The notes below the pieces were generated by a model. It worked only from the letters and a program-made list of their open reading frames with translations. It ran no database searches and was not told the origin of the DNA. Positions 10,176-21,419 of a DNA stretch of 64,000 bases are shown in pieces. Every line of letters starts with the position of its first letter. The first letter of the stretch is position 1. The translations under genes were made by a program, and so were the position numbers. This DNA comes from Oculina patagonica (taxonomy: Eukaryota), in the NCBI RefSeq assembly GCF_052425735.1, contig NC_135768.1, positions 20,274,001 to 20,338,000 on the forward strand, written 5' to 3'.

Positions 10176-11982
10176 TGTTACGCTATGCAACGAGCGGGGT
10201 TTGGCTGGGAATGCAAAGGGGCGAGGCACCAGCGGAGTAGCCCCCGAAGCGAAGGCGGGGACCCGACTGAGAGGTAGGTTCTTGGACGGTTTTTTATGGA
10301 AACCGACTCCACAGCGAGACCCTTTGCATGAGTCAGACTGGCCGAAGCCAGTGGAGAAAAAGGAAAGAAAAAGGGGTATATAGAGGACGGTGGGAAACGA
10401 AAAACAAACTACTTGCAGCTAGCGAGCAAACTGCGAATGTATGCGTCAGCATGACGACAGCGCGCGAAAGACGTGGTGCGCGTGGTGCACGACCTTCCTC
10501 TAACTTCTTCCTAAAATAATTGACACCAATTAATGTCTGTTGCGCTACGCAACGAGCGGAGTTTGGCTGGGAATGCAAAGGGACGAGGCACCAGCGGAGT
10601 AGCCCCCGAAGCGAAGGCGGGGACCCGACTAAGAGGAAGGTGCTATGGAAACCGACTCCAAACTGACGAGCCGTAGGAGAGGAAGGCTCCAAGCAGCTAA
10701 AAGGGGGTAGGACTTGGTGCCCGTGACTTGCATTCCCCGCGGTACGAGAGGGCGAAACGGAACGGAAACGCAAAGGCGGACATAAGATAACGGCATTTTG
10801 AATGGAACTACGATACGACGACGTACGGAAGCTATGGCGGCGGGGCGGGGAGCAGAGCTGCCTGGTGAAAGTACCGTTGAGTGAACAAAGCGCGTTAGAG
10901 TGTTCAAAGCTGCGGCGTTTATCAGTGCAGTGCTCGACACTACGGAGCGTGTGAGACCTGAGTTCGTAACTGGGGAGTGTTGGAGGGCGGTAGTCATTGC
11001 ATGTGCGAGGCCACTGTTCGTAGCTGTGGCGTTTACGAGTGCAGCATTCGACACTGCAGCGCGTGTGAGTCCCGTGTTCGTTACTGTGACGACTACCAGT
11101 GAAGTACGCGACACTGCACAGCGCGTGTAGGTTGGTGTTCGCAGCTGCGGTTGTTCCCCTTTCGTGGCAGGAGCGTATGCGAATCCACTGCACGTGACAG
11201 AAGCGTCTGCGATTGAAAAGAGGTCGTGTTGGGGACATCTGCGCTAAGTAAGCTGGTCACCAGCGGCGCTGAGTCCTGTATTCGTGATAACGGTGACTGC
11301 GAGATCGTGACAGCAGCGTTTTTTTTTATTCGTGTGTCCGTGACAAGCGTGACTGTAAACGCGCGCGTGTTCGTAAAATTACTGCCAAACGAGTGTTGTT
11401 TGTAACAAGAGCGTCTGAGAGTTCAGCGCACGTGCTTGCGAGTTGTCTTGTGTCCGTGACAACCACGCCCGCGAAGCCAGTGTACGTGACGCCAGCGACT
11501 TAAGACTCTAACATGAAAGGACTGCAGTACTGTGTTGTAACGGGAGCTTCTGAGAGTTCTGACGTGACGGGTGCGATCGCGAGTTTTGTATACGTTTCTC
11601 TTGATACATGATATGGGCGAATAGGAGTCCTGTGTAAGTGACAGGAGCGGCTTCAAGTCCTGAAATCGAATCTCCAGTGAACGTGACAGCAGCGTCTGAG
11701 AGACCCGCGTAGGCGACGGGAGCAACTGCCTGTGACCAGTGCGTTTGCGAGTCCTGTGCTTGTTCCAGGTGTATTTGCGCGTCCCGAGATTGTAACGGGA
11801 GCGGTCGAGAGTGCAGCGTACGACGAAAAACAAGCTACTTGCAGGTAGCGAATGTATGCGTTAGCATGACGACAGCGCGCGAAAGACGTGGTGCGCGAGG
11901 GCGAGGCTGAGCCAAGTCGAGGGTTGCTACACGCCATTAACTTCTTCCTAAAATAATTGGATAATTGACATCAATGAAAGTC
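10176..11982 (-). mobile_element. GC-rich TSD-less element with split or tandem direct repeats (candidate non-autonomous tyrosine-recombinase element, Ngaro/PAT-like)
   Basis: Repeat A at 10176-~10312 and 10538-~10665; repeat B at ~10400-10525 and ~11826-11970; no target-site duplication; 12-nt junction motif repeated. Confidence 0.6.
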
Positions 11983-11997
11983 CACTCGCAATTTTCT

Positions 11998-12164
11998 AAT
12001 AGACCATTTTCGATATATTAAAATTCCAACTTGGCTCCGAGGCTTGGGGGAATAAAACAAAAGATATCACGTCGAGGTTCAGGGATGAATAAATCATTTC
12101 TTTTGTTTTATTCCCCCAAGCCTCGGAGCCAAGTTAGAATATTAATATATCGGAAATGGCCTAT
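11998..12164. mobile_element. Short palindromic MITE
   Basis: AATAGACCATTTTCGATATATTAA..TTGGCTCCGAGGCTTGGGGGAATAAAACAAAAG mirrored by CTTTTGTTTTATTCCCCAAGCCTCGGAGCCAAG..TTAATATATCGGAAATGGCCTATT. Confidence 0.75.
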
Positions 12165-13397
12165 TGGATTATACAAATCGAAAGTCTTCGGATGCTTACG
12201 CGAAGATTTGCCGAGGACAGCACTTATTCGATCGCTACTGAGTGGTACTGGTAATGCACCGACAGGAAGGCCCAAGGTCAGCCGACAGCCGTATATCACA
12301 GCTGAAAAAGGAGCGAAAATTTTCTTTTGAAAAAAATATTGAACGACTAAGCGTTGATACCCAGTGCCGTTCTTATGGATGTATACCAAAAAATCTCGTT
12401 TCACTGCTCACTTCATTTTCTTCGCCACAATTTACAGTGAATTTACTCTAGCTTCCCGTGGGTAGGAGTGGAGGTTGTGATACCGGTTGGGGTGGGCTCC
12501 TTACATACGTTATAAAGCTAGATATGTACCACCCAATGCCTTTGTTGTTTAAAAGTTCTAGATATTTTGCCTTTTCGAACTCAAACGCAGGAATGTGTTT
12601 TAATCGAGATATAATCCGGCCGACATAGGCATTAAAAGAGAAAGGTCGCGAACTGGGTTTGATGTAAACATACACGATCAATTACCACTCTAGGTTTTGA
12701 AGGTCACATCTGAACTAGGTTACATGCTTTAAAAGATCAGGTACATATTTTAAAGGATCATATGAAACTCTTTTTTTTGGTCCAAAAGTAAGATGAGTCT
12801 CTAGAATTTATAGCCTGAGAGCAGGCTTACCATTGCATCACAAGCGCGCGTGGCAAACAGTGGCAAAAGCCGCGAGGACGAGTCGGTGAGACAGCAAGAT
12901 CGTTTCGCTCGCTGTCTTTGCCGGTCGCTCGTGTGACTTGAATGGAGAGCCTGTTCGCAGGCTAAGAATCAAACAGCAAACTCCTATTAAAGCAAATGTT
13001 CTGAAAGGAAGTTCCCTCGGGAATCTCACGGCCCCGAATCCCCCGATGCCTTTCCAGGAACATAAAATTGGTCCAAAAAATTCAAAGAGTTTCGACAAGT
13101 CTAACTCAAAACGTACTATGCGTTGACCTACTGATATGAGACATCTTGAAGAAAATGTCCGTAATACAAGTTTCTTTCTCGTTCTTTTGCGTTGTTTCGC
13201 GTTCTTTTGCGTCGAGGGGCTGTGAATAGTCCGAGAATGTAAACCCTCAAGGCAGTTCTGCAGGGGGATCTCCCTCCCCTCCCCCTAGTTCCAGTCCTTC
13301 CCGTCTGATGAAAGAATCAATGTTTCGGTTTCGTGTCGAGGTGGGACGGTCAACTTATGCGAGTCGTATGTATAACAAAGCTCAATTCCCTTGAGTT

Positions 13398-16300
13398 ATG
13401 GCGTTGCTCTACCGTGGTGAATCAAGATGGAAGATTTTGAGGCATCCTGTTTTCTGGATTAAGATCATCGAGATTGTAAGTAAGCATTTTTACGAGTTTT
13501 CGACCAGCGTCTATGTTTGCGCGCGAACGTAAGTTTTCAACAATCACAACTTTTCGTAGCCAATTACATATTCAATAGAAGTGTAAATCATTAGAAACTA
13601 CTTCAGATGAACGACATCTCCTGCAGTTTTAATTTAACTGTTAGCTATTTGATGGAGATTGTTAAATTGCCCGCTTTTAACGGTGAAAACCGCTTTTACT
13701 TGGCACGCGAAACAAGTGTAAATTAAGACGCCGTTCGAATCGACAAGTGTTGCATCCATAAATTACCAATTGTTTATTTTAATATTAAAGTTTATGCTGA
13801 ACAGTTTTTCCTTGATCTTGTCAAGAAAATAGCTTTTCTCGCTGGATTCCCAAATAAAACGCCAAATTATACCAACAATGAGGAAGGAATTGTTTGCAAT
13901 CTTTGAGTTCATCGTTTCAGTAAATGTGATCTCGGCTCGAAAGCGTGACCTCAAATTAGGTGACAGCACGTATATATACCTGGGGAAAATCCCCAGGAAT
14001 ATTTCAATATTTACACCATCCTTGCCGACCCTCTTGCAAATTATTGCACTTCTGGAGCTTAGCTGATTATTTCAATGTCATGTTAGTTTTTTATTGCTAT
14101 AATTATACTTTAACGCAAAGATAAAATATTCCATTAGAGTGGTGTTTACCTTTGGTATAAACCTGCCATGACAGGTCCTAACCCAGCAATTATTAATCCA
14201 CAGCGGTTTTGAATTTTCCGTTTTAAACGAAATTCAATCAGGCAGTCATCAGATTATCTTAGGGAAACTAAATTCCCCCAAGTAGACTGTTATAAAGGGG
14301 TGAAAATTTGACCTTAAGACTGCAAGGGGTTATAAGAACAATCAATTAAAAATTGTAGTGTTTGATTGCTTTATCGCATTTATCTTCAATTTGAAGATAA
14401 TTGCAGTTCATTCTATTAGAAAAGTTGCATTCAGAGCTTAAAATAGCAGCTAGTGTAAAATAATGCACATCTCAGACCAAATTTTGCAGAGGTCAGATTA
14501 ATATAACAGAGTCGTGCCAACGGGTCCGAACAAGAATGTCTGGGGATTTTTCAAAACATGACCAATGGGGATCTCTGTTGAAACCTGCAGATTCACTTTA
14601 AATATAGCACACAACAAAGCCAAAAAATTAGCTGCTGACTCATTATTATTTATGCTGGGAATGATATGACATAAAGTGGGATGTTGGTAAATTGATGACA
14701 AGTTTGGACTAACTTGGCATTGTTCTTGTGTAGCACACTTTAATTTGCACAAGTCTGGGGTAAAATGGCTTGAGATAATTACTGTAGCAACATTAAATGT
14801 ATGTAACATGTCTAAACCACAACAAAATGATTACCATAAAATTCTGAAAATAACACCCCTCCCCCCAGGAAAAAAATCGAAAAGTTAGCCCTCCTGAAAG
14901 TAACGTAATTGCCTTTGAAAGTAATTGCCTTTGTATTATTCTGCCCAATTGGCCAACAGAAACTTTAGCATTACTTTTTCCATCTTAAGTATCACTGCAG
15001 GGATGTGGCTAAGAAAACACTAAGCCAGCTCATCAACAAGTTCAGCTGGCTTTTTTGGCCTTGGCAGCTCAATAAAAGTTTACCCGAGTCTTTGTTTTTA
15101 TGTGAAACTTCAACCGGATTTATGTCCTTTTTCAGCCAGTAAAATTAGCCGGCAGCTGGCCCTTAACGACATCCCTGTCACTGCCCAATCCGCAGTTTCC
15201 CCTTTCTCTTGCCCTACTAACAGCCCCTGGGTCTCCAACGATGATTGTAGGCAAACAGGAACCCTTTTTCTCATTTGACTCACTCCACCATGGTTTTTGA
15301 TTCTCCACAGGTCCTCTGCTTAATTATTTTCCCCTTATGCGTCACATATAACGACAAGGGAGGATTGTATGTGACCAACAGCACCAATAGTTTTAACATC
15401 ACCGTCAAATACCCATTTGAATACAACAACGACACTGTGGTCTATACAGATGAAGATGCGCCGCTTGATAGCTTCAACTTTGATCCAGCCATAAAAATTT
15501 GTGCGCAGTTGTTTGTTGGTGTCATTATAGTAACAGGAATTACTGCAGTTGCGACGCTGGTGATGTCATGTGCTGTTCACAAGAATGAACGTATGGGCAA
15601 TAAAGTTTCAATTGCAGTAAGTACAAAGATGTTCTATCATTTCCATTTTATTATTTTCAAAAAATCTCTTCTGGTGTTTACAAAGACATTCTTATCTTTT
15701 TTAGATAATTTTTAAAAATTCAAAATGTATCTTGATCACATGATGCCCAACAAACTCGACAAATGACAGAAATACATTAGGAAGTGAGGATGATTCTGGT
15801 CAGGAAATGGACAAATGGACATATCTTTAATAATTAAAGATATGTCCATTTGGCTTGAAAAAAGTTTAAGTTACACAGCTCTCCTTAGAAGCAGATAAAG
15901 TGGACTCCTCTCTGTGGCAGAAAACTCTTTAAGCTGACACCTCTGTAACTAGGACACCTCTCTATAAAGGTCGACACCTCTAAGGCAGACAACTTTCTAA
16001 GCTCGAAACCTCTCTTAGGCAAACACCTCTCTAAGGCAGGCAGCTCTCTAATGCAGATATAACCTCTCTAGGACAGATACCCCTCTAATGCACACACCTC
16101 TTTAAGGTGGACACCTCTGTAAGGCAGACAACAATCTAAAGTGGGCACCTCCTTAAGGTGAACAACTCTTAGGTGGACATCTGTCTTCAGTACACACCTC
16201 CGGAAGGCAGAGACCTCTTAAGGGGACCCCTCTCTAAGGTGGACACTTTTCTCAGGTGGGCTTTTCACCAAGGAGGAGAGCTTTCTAATGTGCCCCTCTC

Positions 16301-17962
16301 TAAGGCAGACAACTCTCTAAGATGGACTCCTTTATAAGGTGTCTGCCTTTAATCTCAAGGTTAGGTAGACACTTCTTTCAGGTGGACACCTCTGTTGCTG
16401 ACACCTCTTTAAGTTTCACTGTGAAAGCTGAACCTTTTTAAATTGAATTTACATTAAATTTCAGGAAATATTTATGGCTGTTGTGATGGCATTTCTTCTC
16501 GTTATAAGCACAAGCCTCTGGTTGTACAACCTTCTTGACTTGAGGAAAGAAGTAGAAGATGAAGTTGTCAACGTTATCACAACACTCGGACCAGTACTCT
16601 GCAAGAATTGTGTGGAATTCCTGCCAGATTATTCTGCGCTATTTGCTTCAGTGGTAAGTTGTTGAAAATGCCACGATTTGGTGCTGTTATGGAAAGGGAA
16701 CCTACATTTGTTGGGATTTGCAGAAATACCGTATGTACTCGAATAAGCGCCGCTTTCGAATAAGCGCCGCATTTGGGACCAACAAGTTAATAAGCGCCGC
16801 CCCCGAATAAGCGCCGCAGTCATGATGAGGGGCTTATTCGAGGAATTCTGTGTAACTGAAAATAGCACTACAAAGCGACTCTAAAACAGCCTTGGAAATT
16901 CCTTTTCGTCAAAAACTATGTTTCGCAGGTCAAAGTTATTATATTTTACCCCTCGCCCATTATTTTTTTATCCAAATTCTTACAATGCGTAGTTCTGTCA
17001 ACGTTGTGAAGGCTGTGAACTTTGTCGGGACAGCAAGCACAACAACTCTCTTCCGTGAGACGAATACTGGCAATCAAAAGTCCCTTCTTTTTGTTACTGT
17101 AGAAGTTTCGTCTATATTAGATTGTTTGTGGCGTCCAATTTTCAAATAGGCGCCGCCCTCAAATAAGCACCGCACTTGAGACACGATAAATTTAATAAGC
17201 GCTGTGGCGCTTATTCAAGTAAATACGGTAGTCTGGATGATCAAAAATGTGAATAGAAAAGGACCTATCTGCAAAACCACCCTGTTTACAAACAATTCTA
17301 ATGCCTTGAGCACCATGTCTTAGAAATATTTTTTATCCAAAAGCCTTGGTAGTCAATTTTCCAAATGTCCAATGTTTTAAATATTGCGTACTTCGATTGA
17401 TTTCTTTCAAATGAACGAAAATTTCATTCAGCAACTGTCTACCATTTTACGTGCCTGAATGTCAAAGGTGGCATGGCTTAGTGACCAAGCCTTGCTTTAA
17501 TCACCTCCCACAGGGTGATAATAGGTGCAAAAGCCAAATTTCTCAACCAATCAGAATTCCCTGATTCTTATGTATATCCTCTGAAATTATACTTGAACTG
17601 AGTAAAGCATTCTCTGGTAAGAAATTATTAAAAAAATATATAAGATTTCGGCAGCCAGCCTGCTGTCTCCAACGGATAAAAAAATATGTAATAAAATAAG
17701 ACTATAGAATATAGGGTAATTTGCATAAATTAGAAAATTAAAAATATCTGTACAACATTTGTATTAATAATTATTGTCCATCCTACCTTGCCAGGGCCTT
17801 GCTTACTTGCTGTTTTTAATTTGGCTGTGCAACACAGTTCTGGTATTCCGTGACACTGTGAGCCGTTCTGATGAAGTGACTGCTGCCAGTTCTCTAATCT
17901 GGGCTCAGGAACTCTCAGATCAGAAGCCTCCTGAAACAAAGACTACAGAGACAACTACTTAG
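13398..17962 (+). CDS. Synaptophysin/synaptoporin-like four-TM MARVEL protein, about 246 aa
   Basis: Exons 13398-13475 (MALLYRGESRWKILRHPVFWIKIIEI), 15311-15616, 16465-16653, 17795-17962; all phase 0 GT-AG. Four hydrophobic helices; motifs KYPF, AQLFV, SLWLYNLLDLR, a luminal Cys pair and ALFASV..IWLCNTVLVFRDT parallel the physin consensus (YPF, AEFFV, SAWAKGLSDVK, LNxSV..LWxGNxWFVFKET). Confidence 0.8.
15875..16410. repeat. Degenerate 17-19 bp minisatellite (GGACACCTCTCTAAG core)
   Basis: About 28 variants of GACACCTCTCTAAGG; the same motif is subterminal in CAGT MITEs at 18711 and 38716. Confidence 0.8.
16729..17228. mobile_element. Tc1/mariner-type MITE
   Basis: TA|CCGTATGTACTCGAATAAGCGCC..GGCGCTTATTCAAGTAAATACGG|TA; internal AATAAGCGCCGC repeats. 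Confidence 0.8.
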
Positions 17963-18711
17963 AAGACAACAAGATGTTAATGTGGCCAAAACAACTGTAC
18001 TACTCAGCAAATAACCACCCATCAGAAAAAAAAAATTATTGTTTCATATATACCATAAGTTCCTCAAACTAAAAAGCTTACTGAAGGTAGTAAAATGTGG
18101 ATGTGGATGGGGACGTGCAAAAACATATTTTACAAAAGAAATCACCCCCACTCCCTCCATCAAAATACATTTTTGCCCCCTCCCCCATCAAGTCACTTAC
18201 AGCAAAAAGATCTATTATTAATAATAATACCAAATATTATGTCCAACATCATAAACAATCTTAGTCACACCCCTTCCGAAAAAAAACTATTAGACAAGTA
18301 CATATCAAAAATCCTCTAAATTGCATTGTGTTTTTACCCTCTTGTAGCCCCAACCCCTCCTGGTGTCTAGCTTTAATGTCAACAATATTATTTTGCTAAT
18401 AATTAAATTTGGTTTCCAAGCCAAATTTAGAAACACAGCCAGATCGAGTCAAGACCTTTTACATGCACACAAAAATTATTCTGTAGCCTTGCCTTAGTTT
18501 AATGGTAAAAAATGGACCCTTTTCCCCTGCTTTCTGACTGACTTCCTCCACAGCTCCTAAAAATATATGGTCCTTTCTAAAAGTACAGTGGGTTTGTCCA
18601 CGTTACCGAAGGCTGATTTATGTAGGTGGAAACCCTTTCACTTGCAGCTAGTGCCACATTAAACAAACAGTACTGCTCATAGGTTTAAATCAGTAGTTTC
18701 TATTAGAGCTA

Positions 18712-18900
18712 CAGTCAACTCTTTCTGAGATGGACACTGTTGGGACCAGCTCCAACTGTCTGTCTTAGAGAGTTGTCCATCATATAGGGAGTTTAGTTAC
18801 AGTAAAATGACTGAAAAAAGCAGGGATGGGACCAACCCCAGGTGTCCGTCTTAGAGAGGTGTCTGTCTTATAGAGATGTCCATTAAGAGAGAGTTGACTG
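18712..18900. mobile_element. Tc1/pogo-type MITE (CAGT termini, TA TSD)
   Basis: TA|CAGTCAACTCT..AGAGTTGACTG|TA. Confidence 0.75.
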
Positions 18901-21419
18901 TACGTTAATTTATCGGTATGCCAAGGTTTGACCCTGCAGGCAGTGAAAGGGTTTCGTCACGTCAAATGTTAGTGCCCTAGAAACTTACTGAAGCCATGTA
19001 AATTCAGCTTAAATGCAATCACCATGGGAACAAAGAGAATTGCTGTTTGCTCAGTCATTCACCACTAATTTAAAACGATTTCAGTGAGGTTCTTAGGTTC
19101 AATTTAAATTTGATGTGACTGTAATCCAGTACATAAACAAGGCCTTTTATCATTGTAAATAATGTTATTTTTCTTTTATTTGATTTTGATGACAAAAAGA
19201 TTTTAGATAATATTAAAATGCATTTAAAATTTTTGCTACAAAAAACTTAAGATTGTATTGTATTTTTTTAAAAAACCCTTGGTTGCCAAGTAAACAGTTG
19301 TGTAGTATATTAGATCAAGTAACATAATTTTTGTTTTATAATGAAATTATATATAAACATGCTACATAGTCACAATTTTTTTTACAAATTTTAAGTTTTT
19401 GTATCTCAAATTAATAATAATATTTACATTTGTGAGATTGTGTGACAAATTAAGCATTTTAAAGCTCTTGAAATAAAATATTGAAATATTCAATGATTAA
19501 TAAAAAATGAAATATTCAAAGATTAATCAAATGCAACTTTAAGTGTGTTTATATGAATGTTAATAATCAGTTGAATTTGGTGCAAAATTAAGTTCTTCAT
19601 AGCTTTATTTTGAATAGTTTTGATAGGGTGATCTATAAAAACAAGAATATTATTGAGGTACACACAAAAAACTGTTAGCCTGAAAAAATGGTATAAAGAA
19701 CTGTAAACAATTCCCCCCCCCCCCTCCCTTCCACAACATGCATAAATGCCCCCACCAGTAAGCTTCATGCAGGTATATATCACTAGCTTTTCCCAGGGTA
19801 TGTCATATTCCTTTCCCCAGGGTTTGACATTAGCCCTGGGATAGACCCCAGTGCTAAGAGTCACTGATCGTGTTCTTCAACATATTCCCTGTTTTGCAAG
19901 GGAAACCCCCTGGAAAGCTGCTGTTTTGTCCAAAAATAGTATGCCTTCAGATTTAGCTTTTCTTTATGCATGATAAAAACCTCTGCTTTTGACGTGGGCA
20001 GAATATCTTTTACATTTAAACTAAGTTAATTACTATTTGACTTTATTAATTCCAGTGAAATTTTTATTCTTAGTTAAAAGAATATCCCAAATATTCAAAT
20101 GAAATTGAAACAAATATGTAAGGAAGCAATAAAGATCGACATACCTTTATAGACTCGTGACAGCGTCGATCGATGTTTAAATTCTGAATACAAGTTTGTA
20201 AGCATTGCTGTTTATGGTTGAAATGAAGACTTCTACCGAAAATTAATCCCTCAAACTTGGTTAAAGCGTTAAACTTGTGAAACAATTCATCTTTGTAATG
20301 TGAGGAAGCGACCAGAATACTTCAACTGGTTTTTGGAGGCTTAAAAAATAATCTTTTGTCGAGTCTCAAAGTTTCCCCAGTTCACGAACTTGTCGTTCAC
20401 AAAAAGCGCGCTGCGCTGCACGCTGTCAATCAGTCCAGGGTGCCCGTTTCTGATTGGCTGATCGAGTCCCTCGCAGCTTTTCATTGGTTTTCGCTGTGCT
20501 GTTTGTTGGTTTTACGCTGAAGTCACATGACCGTCGGAACGAACGAACGAGTTGCACTGCGTACGAATAGACCGATCAAAATTAATAATTTCTTGCGATA
20601 AACGTTTCTGGAAAACACTTGAACCAAAAACAGCGTCTTTACAATACTGTTCGTCGTCCTCCAAAAAACTCAAATTTGTTTCAATAGTCCTTCTTAGTTG
20701 ATTTCTACGTTTTGGGCAATAATCCTTGTTTTTACCACTCTAACCCAAAGAGCTTAGAAAACGCGCCATAAATAACCACCTAACTTGGACAATTTGTTAC
20801 GAAACACAAATTGTTGCAAATCAGACGCAAGAGGCTTTGAAAACTTTCATCTCTTTTTGTCTTTGATTCCATTTTTTTCCCACAAACTTTACAGAAATTT
20901 TTAAATTAGTAGTTATATGCTAAAAGCGGCCGTTAATTTATAATCGCAAAATACTCTCTGTAGAAGTGTTCTTTGGCTTATTAGTCAATTTAATAATTTT
21001 ATTCTAATAATTAATTAATATTATGACGTGACATGCCCTTTTGACTTTTCTCAACGATGAAGCGGTTTACAGAAAGATGGAAAAACAAACTCAGTTTTTT
21101 TCTTCAGCTAGAGGTAAAAGGAAACGTACATTAGCTTGGAAATTATCTTGTTATTTATTTGAATCTCTGTAGAAAAATATTTTTAAATGCACGCGCAAAT
21201 AAGGAAATTGAATGGTTTACGACTCTCGGTAAAACGCGCAGAAAAACTGTTCAAGCATATCATAAGAATTTAATTCCTAACTTGAATCAATGAATTTTAT
21301 TTCAGTGTTAAATTGTTCAACTTTGATTTTCTTTGTCTACAAAATACTTAAATATACATTTCAACCAATATTTTTAACCGTTTCATTTTGTCTCAATCAG
21401 AAACCCTGAAAATGCAGAT

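Noticed and set aside
10333-11238. Longest ORF (301 aa) as a gene
   Set aside because: Arg/His/Ser/Cys-rich off-frame reading of a GC-rich repeat that runs through the terminal repeats; the periodic signal is in a different frame.
13300-13340. Other CTGANGA hits as hammerheads (13305, 10663, 22119, 30842, 52960) and GAAATACGTC at ~42000(-)
   Set aside because: No stem II followed by GAAA at the right spacing, or the first box is missing.
21078-21113. Upstream coding exon MEKQTQFFSSAR for EGF paralog A
   Set aside because: The donor position and phase are not conserved in paralog B (25443-25490), and the downstream ATG already starts a good signal peptide; at most a 5' UTR exon.
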